64,000 bases of DNA from Alphaproteobacteria bacterium (GTDB lineage: Bacteria; Pseudomonadota; Alphaproteobacteria; GCA-2731375), in assembly GCA_965232515.1 (NCBI GenBank), contig CBDDPY010000002.1, positions 1,216,001-1,280,000 of the forward strand. Direction: 5' to 3'. Within the stretch, counting starts at the first letter, position 1; every line of letters begins with the position of its first letter. The translations under genes were made by a program, and so were the position numbers. Below are positions 41,559 to 51,584 of this stretch, one piece after another. The notes below the pieces were generated by a model. That model did no database searches and was not told where the DNA came from. It saw nothing but the letters and a program-made list of their open reading frames with translations.

Positions 41559-41918
41559 GCCGCGCCGGACGCCGTCAGCCAGGGTTCATGCGCATCGTCC
41601 CGACCGATCGTCTTGCCCGAGTGCCCGCCCCTACCTGCCAAAAACCCAGAAACGGCCATCTCGCCGCAATCCGTCGGCTTCAACCCAATCACCACGACAT
41701 GGTCAACGAATTGCAGCGCCATAATGATCGAAAAATGAGGCATGACAGGCACCCGGCGCATAAAAACAGGTCCTTTTGGCAGCCATGCTCATCAAAAGTT
41801 GTATTTTGCTACCCTGAGGTGGATACAACGCAATTCATAAATACCATTATTTAGTATTTTGGCTGCACTACAGGTCAGTGGCTTTATCTGACTGAGGGGG
41901 TCAGAATTTGGATATGGG

Positions 41919-42365
41919 ATGCCGAATGACACTGCTGACGCGAATTCCGTCCTGCAAATGCAGGTTTGCGAACGCTTGAAGGTCGACTTCGTCGGATCGC
42001 CCGCAGAAAACATGATCGGGCTCGGCGAACCATTCGACGCCGCATGCGGTTCGGTTCACGGATTGCGGCGGCAGATCAATGCAAATGAAACGGGCTGGTA
42101 CATCTGGACAGGCGATTACGTCCAGGAGGATGTCGGATTCTTCTACTTCGTTCGCGTGGAAGAATTCAGCTCGCTCTGTCCCGCCGCCGTGCCTTATCTC
42201 GGATTGGCGCCGGGTTGGCGCTTCACCATCAAACCCGGGAAACTGGATGTGAGGTTCGACCGCACATTGGTCAGCGGCGGCGATGCGAGTGCCAGCGACG
42301 GCCAACAGTCAGCCCTTGCGAACCAGAGCAACGCCCCGGCAGGACGCAGCCAAGCGACGACCTGA
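41919..42365 (+). CDS. Imm33-like immunity domain protein
   Basis: HGLR...TGWYIWTGD...FF...CP...YLGLAPGWRF pattern. Confidence 0.65.
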   Translation: MPNDTADANSVLQMQVCERLKVDFVGSPAENMIGLGEPFDAACGSVHGLRRQINANETGWYIWTGDYVQEDVGFFYFVRVEEFSSLCPAAVPYLGLAPGWRFTIKPGKLDVRFDRTLVSGGDASASDGQQSALANQSNAPAGRSQATT

Positions 42366-42367
42366 CA

Positions 42368-43015
42368 TCAGGCCCGAGGTTCGGGGAACCGCGGCCTGGT
42401 CTCGATGAATGCCGGTCGCGCTGAGATCGCCGTCCACCAGGTATTCAGCCGCTGGCGTTGCGCCAGCAGCGCCATGCCGCCGTCGTCGGTGGTGAAATAG
42501 GACATCATTGGCGCGAGGTGGATATCGGCGAGGGTGAGGGTGTCGCCGACCAGAAAATCACTGCCGCCGGCGAGGCGGTCGAGGGCGTCGAGGACGCGTG
42601 GGGCGGCGGCGAGGCCGTTTTCGTATTCGGCCCGGTCGGCGGGTTCGCCCATGCGGGCGGCGAAGACGCCGTGGGAGAAGACCTGTCGGACCAGCGGCCA
42701 ATAGACGTAGCTGTCGACGATCGAGAGGATCTGGCTGACGCGGGCTCTCGCTTCGGGCGCGGCCGGTTGCAGCGCCAGGCCGTCGAACTTGTCGTCGAGA
42801 TAGCGGGTGATGGCGCCGGTCTCGTAAAGCACGAAATCTCCATCGACCAGCGTCGGCACGCGACAGAAGGGGTGCAGGGCGAGATAGGCCGCCGGCACAT
42901 CTTCGGCGAACGGGTTCACCTCGACCCAGGCATAGTCGACGCCCTTTTCGCGAAGCGCGAAGCGGGCGATCCAGGCGTAGACGCTGTACTTGAAGCCGTG
43001 GAGTTCGAGCGGCAT
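42368..43015 (-). CDS. Glutathione S-transferase family protein
   Basis: SVY, HPFCRVPTL, LYETGAITRYL, LTLADIHLAP. Confidence 0.92.
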   Translation of the reverse strand: MPLELHGFKYSVYAWIARFALREKGVDYAWVEVNPFAEDVPAAYLALHPFCRVPTLVDGDFVLYETGAITRYLDDKFDGLALQPAAPEARARVSQILSIVDSYVYWPLVRQVFSHGVFAARMGEPADRAEYENGLAAAPRVLDALDRLAGGSDFLVGDTLTLADIHLAPMMSYFTTDDGGMALLAQRQRLNTWWTAISARPAFIETRPRFPEPRA

Positions 43016-43046
43016 GGCGCGGCTCCTTCCTGTCGTGCGGTCGAGG

Positions 43047-44564
43047 TCAATCGCTCGGGATACGCCGGCCTTCCTGGTCGAGGACGGCGATGGTCTTGTC
43101 GTAGAGCTGTTTCGCCGCGTCAACGGAATCGGCGACACACAGCACGCCGAGCTTGCCGAACTCGGACAGCGCGCCGATCAGGTGGAAGACCACGCCCTGC
43201 TGGCTGGCGCCGTGGAAATGCAGCCGGTTCTCGACCGCGATGTCGATCAGGTCTTCCGGGGTCAGGCCCTCGTAGTGCGGCGCTTCCAGGTTGTCGGACG
43301 CATAGTAGAAGCAGGGCCGGCCGGCCGGCGTGTAATAGAGGCCGGTGGCCGGATCGTAGCGGCCGTCGGTCAGGAACTGCAGCATCAGGAAGGGATGCGT
43401 CGTGCCGCCCTTGCGCAAGTTGACCTCGAGCGCGTAGTGGCGCCAGCGATCCTGCTCGCGCACGGAGACGAAGTCGATGGCGAAGCGGCCGAGCACGCCG
43501 CGCTGGCGCAGCACCTCGGCCGCCTTCATGCCCTCGGCCTGGATCTCGAGGCGATAGGCCGCGTCGGCGGGGAAACGGCAGCCGAGGAAGATCTGGCCGG
43601 AATTGCCGCCGGTGACCTGATCGTGGGTCGAGATCACCTCGAGACCGCCCAGCGGATCGATGCGGAACTGCGCCGACGGCGACTGCTTGTCGGCGCCTTC
43701 GACGAAACTCTCGACGATGCCGCCCATCTCGCCGATCTTGGCCTCAAAGGCGGGCCAGGTCATGTCACGCGCCTCGAAGGCGAGCTTGGGCAGGCGCGCG
43801 GCGATCCAGGACTTGAGCCCGGCGCCCGTGGGCGCGTCGTCATCAAATGCGAAGATCGCGTTGCCCTCGCCGGAGAACCCCTCGTTCAGCTTGACGACGG
43901 CGCGCCGCAATGCCGGCGTCCGGCCTTTCAGCTCGGCCAGCGCGTCGGCGATCTGATTGGCGTCGGCGAGATTTTCGTAGCCTTCCGGCATGGCGACGCC
44001 GGCCTCGCGGAAAATTTCGCGCGAGCCGCTCTTCGAGCCGAGCGGCAGCAGGTCGGGATCGCAGCCATAGATCGGGATGCCAAGGCGAACGGCCAGGCGG
44101 CGTTCCAGGTCCGAGACATTGAAGCAGGTGATGTGCGCGCTGTCGGGATCGCCGATGGCCTCGCGAATGCGCGCGATCAGGCGCGGCCGGGCGAGGATCT
44201 TCGCCGTCAGCGGCGCGGGCCCGCCGTCATGGCAACACAGCAGGGTCAGGCGGCGACGGGCATGGTCGCGCGGGATGCCCGGCAGCAGGTGCAGGTAATA
44301 ATCGACAATGGCCTCGGGGATCGGCGCGCTGCTGACATAGACGATGCGGGTGCGCGGCATGCGCAACAGCATCAGCAGGCAGAGCATGCGTTCCTCGTAA
44401 TGGGTGACGCCGGAGATCTTGGCCATGACCTCCTGGTCGAGCGTCAGGCTCGGCAGAATCACCACCGTGCGCGGCGCGGCTTCGTCGGGAAAGACGCGGC
44501 GAAACTGTTCCGCCAGGCGCGCTTGCAACTGCCGGAAACGTTCGGCTTCGGCCGCGGGGATCAT
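43047..44564 (-). CDS. PGM1-related ATP-grasp peptide ligase
   Basis: HYEERMLCLL, GSKSGSR, VVKLNEGFSGEGN, SPSAQ, STHDQ, FLGCRFPA, EVNLRKGGTTHP. Confidence 0.85.
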   Translation of the reverse strand: MIPAAEAERFRQLQARLAEQFRRVFPDEAAPRTVVILPSLTLDQEVMAKISGVTHYEERMLCLLMLLRMPRTRIVYVSSAPIPEAIVDYYLHLLPGIPRDHARRRLTLLCCHDGGPAPLTAKILARPRLIARIREAIGDPDSAHITCFNVSDLERRLAVRLGIPIYGCDPDLLPLGSKSGSREIFREAGVAMPEGYENLADANQIADALAELKGRTPALRRAVVKLNEGFSGEGNAIFAFDDDAPTGAGLKSWIAARLPKLAFEARDMTWPAFEAKIGEMGGIVESFVEGADKQSPSAQFRIDPLGGLEVISTHDQVTGGNSGQIFLGCRFPADAAYRLEIQAEGMKAAEVLRQRGVLGRFAIDFVSVREQDRWRHYALEVNLRKGGTTHPFLMLQFLTDGRYDPATGLYYTPAGRPCFYYASDNLEAPHYEGLTPEDLIDIAVENRLHFHGASQQGVVFHLIGALSEFGKLGVLCVADSVDAAKQLYDKTIAVLDQEGRRIPSD

Positions 44565-46174
44565 TCCTTCAGGCCGGCTTTGCGCAGGCCGTCCAGGATG
44601 TGTTCGAGATCATCGGGCGCGGCGTTCCATTTCCGCAATTCGTCGCGGGCGGAGAATTCGGGCTTGAGTTCGTAGATCCGGGCGAACGAGACGCCGGCCT
44701 CGGGCCGTCCGAGCTGGCCAAGCGCGGCCGCCTCCAAAAGGCGGGTCCAATAGAAGTTCGGCAGGCTGATCCGCTGCAGGTCGGCCAGCGTGGCTTCGTA
44801 GTCGCGGGCGTTGAAGTGATAGCGGGCGAAGCTGAAATGGTACCAGCCGGGGTGCAGCGGGTTCAGTTGTTGCGCCCGCCGGGACAGCTCGACGCCGCGT
44901 TCGAACTCGCCCATGAAGGCCAGGTAGTGACCGATGTCGGCGAGCGTTTCGGGATCGTTGGGATTGAGGGCGAGGGCGCGCTCGGCCTCGACCTCGAACT
45001 TGTCGTTTTCGCCGCGAAAGAAATGCACGATCGCCAGCCAGCAATGGGCATAGGCGTTCTGCGGATCGAGCCGGATGGCGGCCTGGGCCATGTTCAAGGC
45101 GCGGCCGATCGGATCGGGACGCGGATTCATATCGAAGCGGTGCTCGGCCAGATAGACATTGGCCAAAAGCGCATGCGCATCGGCATAGTTGGGATCGAGC
45201 TTGACGGCCTGCTCGAGCAGGTCCCGCGCCTCGGCGTGCATCTCGGCGCTGAGCAGCGCGGTGTAGGGCCGCGCGCGCAGCACGCAATCATAGGCGTCGA
45301 GCTCGGCCGGCCGCTTCCTGAGCGCCCGCGACAGCCCGGCATCCTGCAACTTCACGCCAAGCGTCGCCGCGATGGTCTGGGTCACCTCGTCCTGGAGCGC
45401 GAAGATATCCTCCATCTCGCGGTCGTAGTGCTCGGCCCACAGGGACACGCCCGTCGCCGCGTCGGTCAGCTGCGCGGTGATCCGCACGCGGCCGCCGGCG
45501 CGCCGCACGCTGCCTTCGACGACATATCCGGCATTCAGGTCGGTCGCGAGCTGCGGCGCCGCGACGGCGCGGCCCTTGTACCGGAACGTCGAGCGGCGGC
45601 CGATGACATGCAGGTCGCGGAACCGCGACAGGTTGGTGATGATGTCCTCGCTCAAACCGTCGGCGAAATACTCGTCGACATCGGCGCTGAGATTCTCGAA
45701 CGGCAGAACCGCCAAGACGGGTTTCTCGGACACGGCCGCGCGCTGCCCGGAAGCGGCCGGCCGCCGCCTGGCATCGAGCGGGACGACGGTGGCACCGGCG
45801 TCGTCATCGTCATCGTTTGCCGCAATTCTGGGACGGGCCGGCCGATCGTCCGGCGCCGGCTCGTCCGCCATCGACACATCGCCGACAAACCTGAAGCCGC
45901 GGCGTTGCACGGTGCGGATCACGGACTGGGCCTCGCCGGTGTCGCCGACCGCGCGCCGGGCCGCGGACACCCGGCTGCTCAAGGTTGCCTCCGAGACGAT
46001 GCGGCCCTGCCAGACGGCGGCGATCAGATCGTCTTTTGAGACGACCTGGTCGCGATGCTCGATCAGATACTGCAGCAGGCTGAACACCTGGGGCTCGATC
46101 GCCACGGCGTCACCGTCGCGCCGCAACTCGTAAACCGTGGTGTCGAGCGTGAAGCTGCCGAAGCGATAGATCAT
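44561..46174 (-). CDS. OmpR-type winged-helix regulator with TolB-like and TPR domains
   Basis: FGSFTLD..IEPQVF..VSKDDL..VW..IRTVQRRGFRF; AVLPFENLS, FADGLSEDII; TPR repeats ALALNPN. Confidence 0.9.
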   Translation of the reverse strand: MIYRFGSFTLDTTVYELRRDGDAVAIEPQVFSLLQYLIEHRDQVVSKDDLIAAVWQGRIVSEATLSSRVSAARRAVGDTGEAQSVIRTVQRRGFRFVGDVSMADEPAPDDRPARPRIAANDDDDDAGATVVPLDARRRPAASGQRAAVSEKPVLAVLPFENLSADVDEYFADGLSEDIITNLSRFRDLHVIGRRSTFRYKGRAVAAPQLATDLNAGYVVEGSVRRAGGRVRITAQLTDAATGVSLWAEHYDREMEDIFALQDEVTQTIAATLGVKLQDAGLSRALRKRPAELDAYDCVLRARPYTALLSAEMHAEARDLLEQAVKLDPNYADAHALLANVYLAEHRFDMNPRPDPIGRALNMAQAAIRLDPQNAYAHCWLAIVHFFRGENDKFEVEAERALALNPNDPETLADIGHYLAFMGEFERGVELSRRAQQLNPLHPGWYHFSFARYHFNARDYEATLADLQRISLPNFYWTRLLEAAALGQLGRPEAGVSFARIYELKPEFSARDELRKWNAAPDDLEHILDGLRKAGLKE

Positions 46175-46211
46175 TCAAGCCTACTCAGATGCCGGCCAAT
46201 CCCAGCGGAAA

Positions 46212-46240
46212 CTCCAGGTCATCTCAAGCTGACCTCCAAG
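46212..46240. promoter_or_regulatory. Three 11-bp-phased heptamer repeats, candidate wHTH binding sites
   Basis: CTCCAGG (46212), CTCAAGC (46223), CTCCAAG (46234) between divergent regulator and DUF1326. Confidence 0.5.
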
Positions 46241-46410
46241 CAATGCCGATCCGGCTCCCCTACAATCGCGAATACTAATCGGCGATGCGGGCGTTGGAAC
46301 AGTCAATCCTGAGGCCCGCCATGTCGGACGGCCGGCCGCCAACGCGGCGGATCGGGCCGAGGCCGCGTTTTTCAGGCCGTGGAACGAAGCAATCAGACGA
46401 GGAGACGGAT

Positions 46411-47010
46411 ATGTCGTGGCGCCTGAAGGGAACCTATTTCGAGAGCTGCAACTGCGATGTCGCCTGTCCTTGCGTGTTTCTCAGCCCGCCGACGGACGGC
46501 GACTGCACGGTGCTGGTCGGCTGGCATATCGATGAGGGCGCGGACGGCGAGGTCGCGCTGAACGACCTGAATGTCGCCCTGGCGGTGCATTCGCCCGGCC
46601 ATATGATGACGACGAAATGGACGGCCGCCGCCTATGTCGATGCCCGCGCGAGCGGGGACCAGCAGAACGCCCTGTTGAAGATCTTCGGCGGCCAGGCCGG
46701 CGGGCACCCGGCGAGACTGGCGAGCCATATCGGCGAACTGGTCGGCGCGCGGCCGGCGCCGATCACGTTCGAGGCCGACGGCGGCACCTACAGCCTGAAG
46801 ATCGACGATGTCGCCGAGGTTAAAGTCACTCAGATGGCCGGGCAGGGGGAGGGGCCGATTACCGTCACCGGCCACCCGTTGTGCATCTCGACCGGATTCC
46901 CGGCGACCGTCGCGAAGTCGACATCGCTGACCTACAACGATCACGGCATGTCCTGGAACCTGTCGGACAAGACCGGCTTTTTCGCGCCGTTCGCCTATGC
47001 CAGCGACTAA
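46411..47010 (+). CDS. DUF1326 domain protein
   Basis: WRLKGTYFESCNCDVACPC...C; GAGGAG RBS. Confidence 0.88.
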   Translation: MSWRLKGTYFESCNCDVACPCVFLSPPTDGDCTVLVGWHIDEGADGEVALNDLNVALAVHSPGHMMTTKWTAAAYVDARASGDQQNALLKIFGGQAGGHPARLASHIGELVGARPAPITFEADGGTYSLKIDDVAEVKVTQMAGQGEGPITVTGHPLCISTGFPATVAKSTSLTYNDHGMSWNLSDKTGFFAPFAYASD

Positions 47011-47034
47011 TTGGGCCATTCGGGGACCGGCGCG

Positions 47035-47799
47035 ATGACGATCGCCTTCGCCGACCGGCGGCTGTCCGTTCCGGAACGGCTGGCGCTCTATGCCGGGCTC
47101 GGCACCGTCGGCCTCGGCGCGTGGGGTTATCTGGCATTGATGATGCGGGACATGTCGGCGATGGCCGGCATGCCGCCGATGGCGGTCAGCCCCGCTTACG
47201 TCGCCGGCCTGTTCGTGATGTGGCTGGTGATGCAGGCGGCGATGATGTTGCCGTCGGCCGTGCCGATGATCCAGACCTATGGCCGCATGCAGGCGGCGGG
47301 CGCGACCGGCCCGCGTCTGGCGCTCCACGTCGCATTGTTCAGCGGCGGCTATCTCGCGGCCTGGTCGGCGTTCAGCCTTGGCGCGGCACTGCTGCAGGCC
47401 GGATTGGTCGCGACCGATCTGCTGGGGCATATGGGCATGCGGGTGACGTCAGGGCCGCTGGCCGGCGGCATCCTGATCGGCGCCGGCCTGTATCAGTGGC
47501 TGCCGCTGAAACATGCCTGCCTGCGCCGCTGCCGGACGCCGATCGGTTTCCTGATGACCGAATGGCGCGACGGGCCTTTGGGCGCGTTCAACATGGGCGT
47601 CCGGCACGGCCTGTTCTGCATCGGCTGCTGCTGGGCGCTGATGTGCCTGCTGTTCGCGTTCGGCGTCATGAACGCCATCTGGATCGCGGTCATCACGGTC
47701 TACGTCATCGTCGAAAAGATCGCGCCGTTCGGCGAGGTCCTGACCAGACTGGTCGGTGCTGGACTGGTGCTTTGGGGCGCGGTGCTGTTGTTTGCCTGA
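47035..47799 (+). CDS. DUF2182 metal-binding membrane protein
   Basis: MWLVMQAAMMLPS, YQWLPLKHACLRRCR, GLFCIGCCWALM, EK; alternative TTG start at 47011. Confidence 0.88.
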   Translation: MTIAFADRRLSVPERLALYAGLGTVGLGAWGYLALMMRDMSAMAGMPPMAVSPAYVAGLFVMWLVMQAAMMLPSAVPMIQTYGRMQAAGATGPRLALHVALFSGGYLAAWSAFSLGAALLQAGLVATDLLGHMGMRVTSGPLAGGILIGAGLYQWLPLKHACLRRCRTPIGFLMTEWRDGPLGAFNMGVRHGLFCIGCCWALMCLLFAFGVMNAIWIAVITVYVIVEKIAPFGEVLTRLVGAGLVLWGAVLLFA

Positions 47800-47883
47800 C
47801 CGGCGGCTGGTCCAAGAGGCCATAATGTCGCCGCGATCCGCGTGCAGAACCATCCGCATCGTAAACGTCGAGCGGTGACGCGA

Positions 47884-48885
47884 ATGGCGATGCTGAACAG
47901 GCTCGCGGCCGGATGCCTGATCCTTGCCGGCCTCCACCTGACGCCGGCGGCCGGCAACGCCCAAACCGACGCGGTCGCCGGCCTGGCGGATGGCCGGGTC
48001 GGCGCGATCGCGTTTCGCAGTCTGGCCCGCGACGGGGCCACGGTAACGGGCACGCTGACCCTGCCCGCAGGCGCGGCCGGCCCGGTCGCCGCCATGCTGA
48101 TTGTGCACGGCAGCGCCGGCGTTCGCGACGTCCGGGAGGGCCGCTATGCGCGCCGGCTGGGCGATGCCGGCTATGCGACTTTCGTACTCGACAGCTTCGG
48201 CCCGCGGCGGGTGCGCTCGACGACCGAGGACCAGACCCGGGTGTCGACCAGCACGATGATCGGCGACGCCTTCGCGGCCCTCGACCTGCTGGCGACGCAT
48301 CCCGCCCTCGATACCGCGCGCATCGGCGTGATCGGGTTTTCCAAGGGCGGCACCGTCGCGCTGAACGCCAGCTTCGGCCCTTACCGGCGCCGGTTCTCCG
48401 GCGACGGCGACCGCCGGTTCGCCGTCCATGTCGCGGTCTATCCCTGGTGCAATCTGCAGTTCCGGCGGATCGATTCCAGCGGCGCGCCGCTGCTGTTCCT
48501 ACTCGGCGCCGACGACAACTACACGCCGGCGCAGCCATGTCTGGACTATGCCGATCGGCTGCGAAGCGCGGGCGGCGACATCACGGTCGAGGTCTACCCC
48601 AACGCCCACCACGGCTTCGACGGTCCGGACGGCCGCCCGCCGCGCCGGCTGAGTCGGGCGATGAACTACGGCGCCTGCTTCGCCGGGCTGGCCGACGATA
48701 CCCGGCTGATCCACCCGGACACCGGCGCCGTCATGCAGACCGCGGCCGAGACACGGGCGCATTTCAAACGATGCGTCAGCCGCGGCGCCACGGTCGGCGT
48801 CAACCCGGCCGCCAAGCGACAGTCCATGCACGACCTGCTGGCCTATCTGGCGCGTGTCATGCCGTCGACGCCGAACGCGCGCTGA
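47884..48885 (+). CDS. Exported dienelactone hydrolase family protein
   Basis: Signal peptide; HGSAG, GFSKGG, YPWC, GADD, YPNAHHGFD. Confidence 0.85.
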   Translation: MAMLNRLAAGCLILAGLHLTPAAGNAQTDAVAGLADGRVGAIAFRSLARDGATVTGTLTLPAGAAGPVAAMLIVHGSAGVRDVREGRYARRLGDAGYATFVLDSFGPRRVRSTTEDQTRVSTSTMIGDAFAALDLLATHPALDTARIGVIGFSKGGTVALNASFGPYRRRFSGDGDRRFAVHVAVYPWCNLQFRRIDSSGAPLLFLLGADDNYTPAQPCLDYADRLRSAGGDITVEVYPNAHHGFDGPDGRPPRRLSRAMNYGACFAGLADDTRLIHPDTGAVMQTAAETRAHFKRCVSRGATVGVNPAAKRQSMHDLLAYLARVMPSTPNAR

Positions 48886-48899
48886 AGCTGGCCGGTCGG

Positions 48900-49457
48900 T
48901 CAGCCGTCGGCGGGCGACTGACCGATCTGCTGGGCGAGGAAGAGCGTTCGCGCCTCTTTGGTCTTCAGCAGCTGCAGATAGGCCGGATCCTGTTGCATCG
49001 CCTGTTCGTCGAGCATCGCGCGCGGCCGTTCCAGGGCGTTGTACTGTCGTTGCGTGAGGGCGGTGGAGGATATGACCACCTCGCCGCCGAGCGATCGGGC
49101 AATTAGTGCCGCCCGCGCCTGCGCCAGAACCGGCCCGGTCTGGCCATCGATCATGCCGGGCAGCGTGTTGCCGATCTGCGAAGCCAGCGCGTTCGACATG
49201 CTGGCAAAGCCGTTGTTGTCGATCTCGGCGACCGTCTTGCCGTCGACCTGCACGGTGGCGAAATTCGCGTAGGCGGGATTCCCCGATGTGTCGGCCGGCT
49301 GCGAGTGCCGGAGTTTGAGAAACGCCTCCTGGGACTGGACGAACCGCCGGTAAACACCTTCCGGCGCCTCATGAATGCCGATCATCTTCAGCTTGTTGCT
49401 GTCGATCGGCGTCACGCCGGGATGATTGAGCGGAATGCCGGCTGCGATGGACGTCAT
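48900..49457 (-). CDS. Hypothetical protein
   Basis: ATG at 49457 with GGGGGT upstream; host-like codon usage; fills gap between convergent and divergent neighbours. Confidence 0.65.
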   Translation of the reverse strand: MTSIAAGIPLNHPGVTPIDSNKLKMIGIHEAPEGVYRRFVQSQEAFLKLRHSQPADTSGNPAYANFATVQVDGKTVAEIDNNGFASMSNALASQIGNTLPGMIDGQTGPVLAQARAALIARSLGGEVVISSTALTQRQYNALERPRAMLDEQAMQQDPAYLQLLKTKEARTLFLAQQIGQSPADG

Positions 49458-49574
49458 CTGACTACCCCCAATTTGAAAAGCGTACGATCGACGAAGCAAG
49501 CCGCGTACCAGTTGAGTGCAGTTAGGCCTTGTCAAGACTATCGGCAGGTGTCCCGGAACGGTATCGTCCCGGCC

Positions 49575-50474
49575 ATGGCCCATGGGGTTTTCATTCACCG
49601 CCCGGACTCGATCTATGACGACGTTCCGTCGGAGCGGTACCAGTTCCCGCCGCAGTATCTGAAGCGCGCCCAGACTTTCGTGGGAGACTGGATCGTTTAT
49701 TACGAGCCCCGCAAGGTCGCCGCCACGCGGGGTTACTTCGCGGTGGCCAAGGTTCAGGACATTATCCCCGATCCGACCATTCCTAAGATGTTCCTCGCCA
49801 TTATCGAGCCGGGAAGCTATCTGGATTTCGGAAGCCCGGTTCCGCTTCGAGGCCCCGATGGTGTCCGCGAACGTGGCATCTTGACAAGTGACGGCCGTAT
49901 GTCTGGACGCGCGCAGGCCGCAGTGCGACCGCTTTCTGGTGATGACTTCGACCGGATTCTGGCGCTTGGCCTTCTGACGGAAGACCCGACGTTCCCGCGG
50001 ACGGAAGTGCCGAAGCTCGCCCCGGGCTTCGAGGAGCCGCAAGCGCCGCTCCAATTGTCAGACGAGCGACGCCGGGCCGAGTATCTCGGTTCACGCCTCG
50101 TGCGTGATCGCAACTTCAGAGGGATCGTTCTCAAGGCTTATGGCAAACGCTGTGCCGTTACTGGACTGAGATTGATCAACGGTAGCGGGCGTGCCGAGGT
50201 GGAGGCGGCGCATATCCAGCCGGTTGAAGCAAAGGGACCAGACCTGCTTGCGAATGGTATGGCGCTTTCGGGCACGGCACACTGGATGTTCGACCGCGGC
50301 CTGATCAGCGTTGCCGACGATCTGAAAATCCTCGTCTCACGGCAGGTAAACGACCCTGACGCCGTTCATTCCATGATGAACGACAGCGGCTACATCATCG
50401 CGCCGCAACGGCCCACCGATCATCCGCATCCGCGTTTTCTTCGCTGGCACAGAGAGAACTGCTTCAAGTGCTGA
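49575..50474 (+). CDS. HNH endonuclease (putative restriction endonuclease)
   Basis: RDRNFRGIVLKAYGKRCAVTG, EAAHI, NGMAL..HWMFDRGL, FLRWHRE. Confidence 0.87.
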   Translation: MAHGVFIHRPDSIYDDVPSERYQFPPQYLKRAQTFVGDWIVYYEPRKVAATRGYFAVAKVQDIIPDPTIPKMFLAIIEPGSYLDFGSPVPLRGPDGVRERGILTSDGRMSGRAQAAVRPLSGDDFDRILALGLLTEDPTFPRTEVPKLAPGFEEPQAPLQLSDERRRAEYLGSRLVRDRNFRGIVLKAYGKRCAVTGLRLINGSGRAEVEAAHIQPVEAKGPDLLANGMALSGTAHWMFDRGLISVADDLKILVSRQVNDPDAVHSMMNDSGYIIAPQRPTDHPHPRFLRWHRENCFKC

Positions 50475-50565
50475 GCGCGAACTCTCTTTTTATGCGTTCG
50501 CGCCGTCCCCAAGCTCCGCCACACGCTCAAGCCACCTACCAGTTGGCCGGGGGCAATCCGTCCCG

Positions 50566-51420
50566 TTACGACTTGCAGATCGGCACGTAGATGTCGATTT
50601 CGCCGCGCATGGTCGCGGGGTCGAAGCGGTCGTCGTAGTACTCGAAGTCGGGCGTGCGGGCGAAGCTGTAGCCGGAGGCCGGCAGCCAGGTTCGCCAGAT
50701 GTAGCGGTTGGCGCGGCCGAGCTCCTGGCCGATCGGCGCCTTGCCGGTGATCGGCACGGTGAAGACGGCATAGGTCTGCGGGGCGATGTCGTAGCCGCTC
50801 AAGCCATCGGGCACGGTCTCGAGATTTTCGACCTCCACGGCGGCGGCGTAGGTGAAGCTGTCGTCCTCCATGCCGATGCAGAGGCCGAAACTGTGATCGC
50901 CGACAACCGATGCGATCTCGCTGTAGCGCGGTCGGAACGCGCGCCACAGATCCGGGATGCGGTCGTTGTTGGATTCATTGAATTCGCCGGCCAGGCCGAC
51001 GGCCTTGAAGCCGGGTTTCTCGATGATGCGTGGTTCCATGTCGCGTACGGTCTCCTCCAATTGCAGGTCATCCGCCGTGATGGCGGGGCGGTAGGCCCAT
51101 TGCCGCGCACGGCGGGATTTGCGGTAGGCGCCGGGCGGCACGCCGAACTGGCGCTTGAAGGCGCGTGAGAAGGCGGCCTGGCTGTCGAAGCCGTAGGTCA
51201 CCGCCAGCTCGATCACCCGGTCGTCGCGGTGCAGCAGGCGCCGGGCGGCTTCGGTCAGACGGCGACGGCGGATATAGGTCGTCACCGTCTCGCCGGTGAG
51301 CGCGCGGAACATGCGGCTGAAGTGATAGCTCGACAGGCCGGCGGCGCGGGCGACCAGCGACAGCGATAACTCGTCCGTCAGCCGCGCCTCAATGAAATCG
51401 ATCGCCCGCAACAGCTTCAT
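50566..51420 (-). CDS. AraC family regulator with GyrI-like effector domain
   Basis: LSSYHFSRMF, YGFDSQAAFSRAFK, WLPASGY..DFEYYD..IYVPI. Confidence 0.92.
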   Translation of the reverse strand: MKLLRAIDFIEARLTDELSLSLVARAAGLSSYHFSRMFRALTGETVTTYIRRRRLTEAARRLLHRDDRVIELAVTYGFDSQAAFSRAFKRQFGVPPGAYRKSRRARQWAYRPAITADDLQLEETVRDMEPRIIEKPGFKAVGLAGEFNESNNDRIPDLWRAFRPRYSEIASVVGDHSFGLCIGMEDDSFTYAAAVEVENLETVPDGLSGYDIAPQTYAVFTVPITGKAPIGQELGRANRYIWRTWLPASGYSFARTPDFEYYDDRFDPATMRGEIDIYVPICKS

Positions 51421-51584
51421 CCACCGCCTCCTTGGAGCCGCAGATTAGCAATTGCACTCGCGGTGGTTTTGATCCGGTTTGCGGCCGGGATGGCGGGTCG
51501 CTTGTGGCCGACTTCACAGGCCGTGCCGCGGATCGGATGCAGGCTTATGCTGGTCATCTTTCGATCAAATGGGAGCGTTGAACG

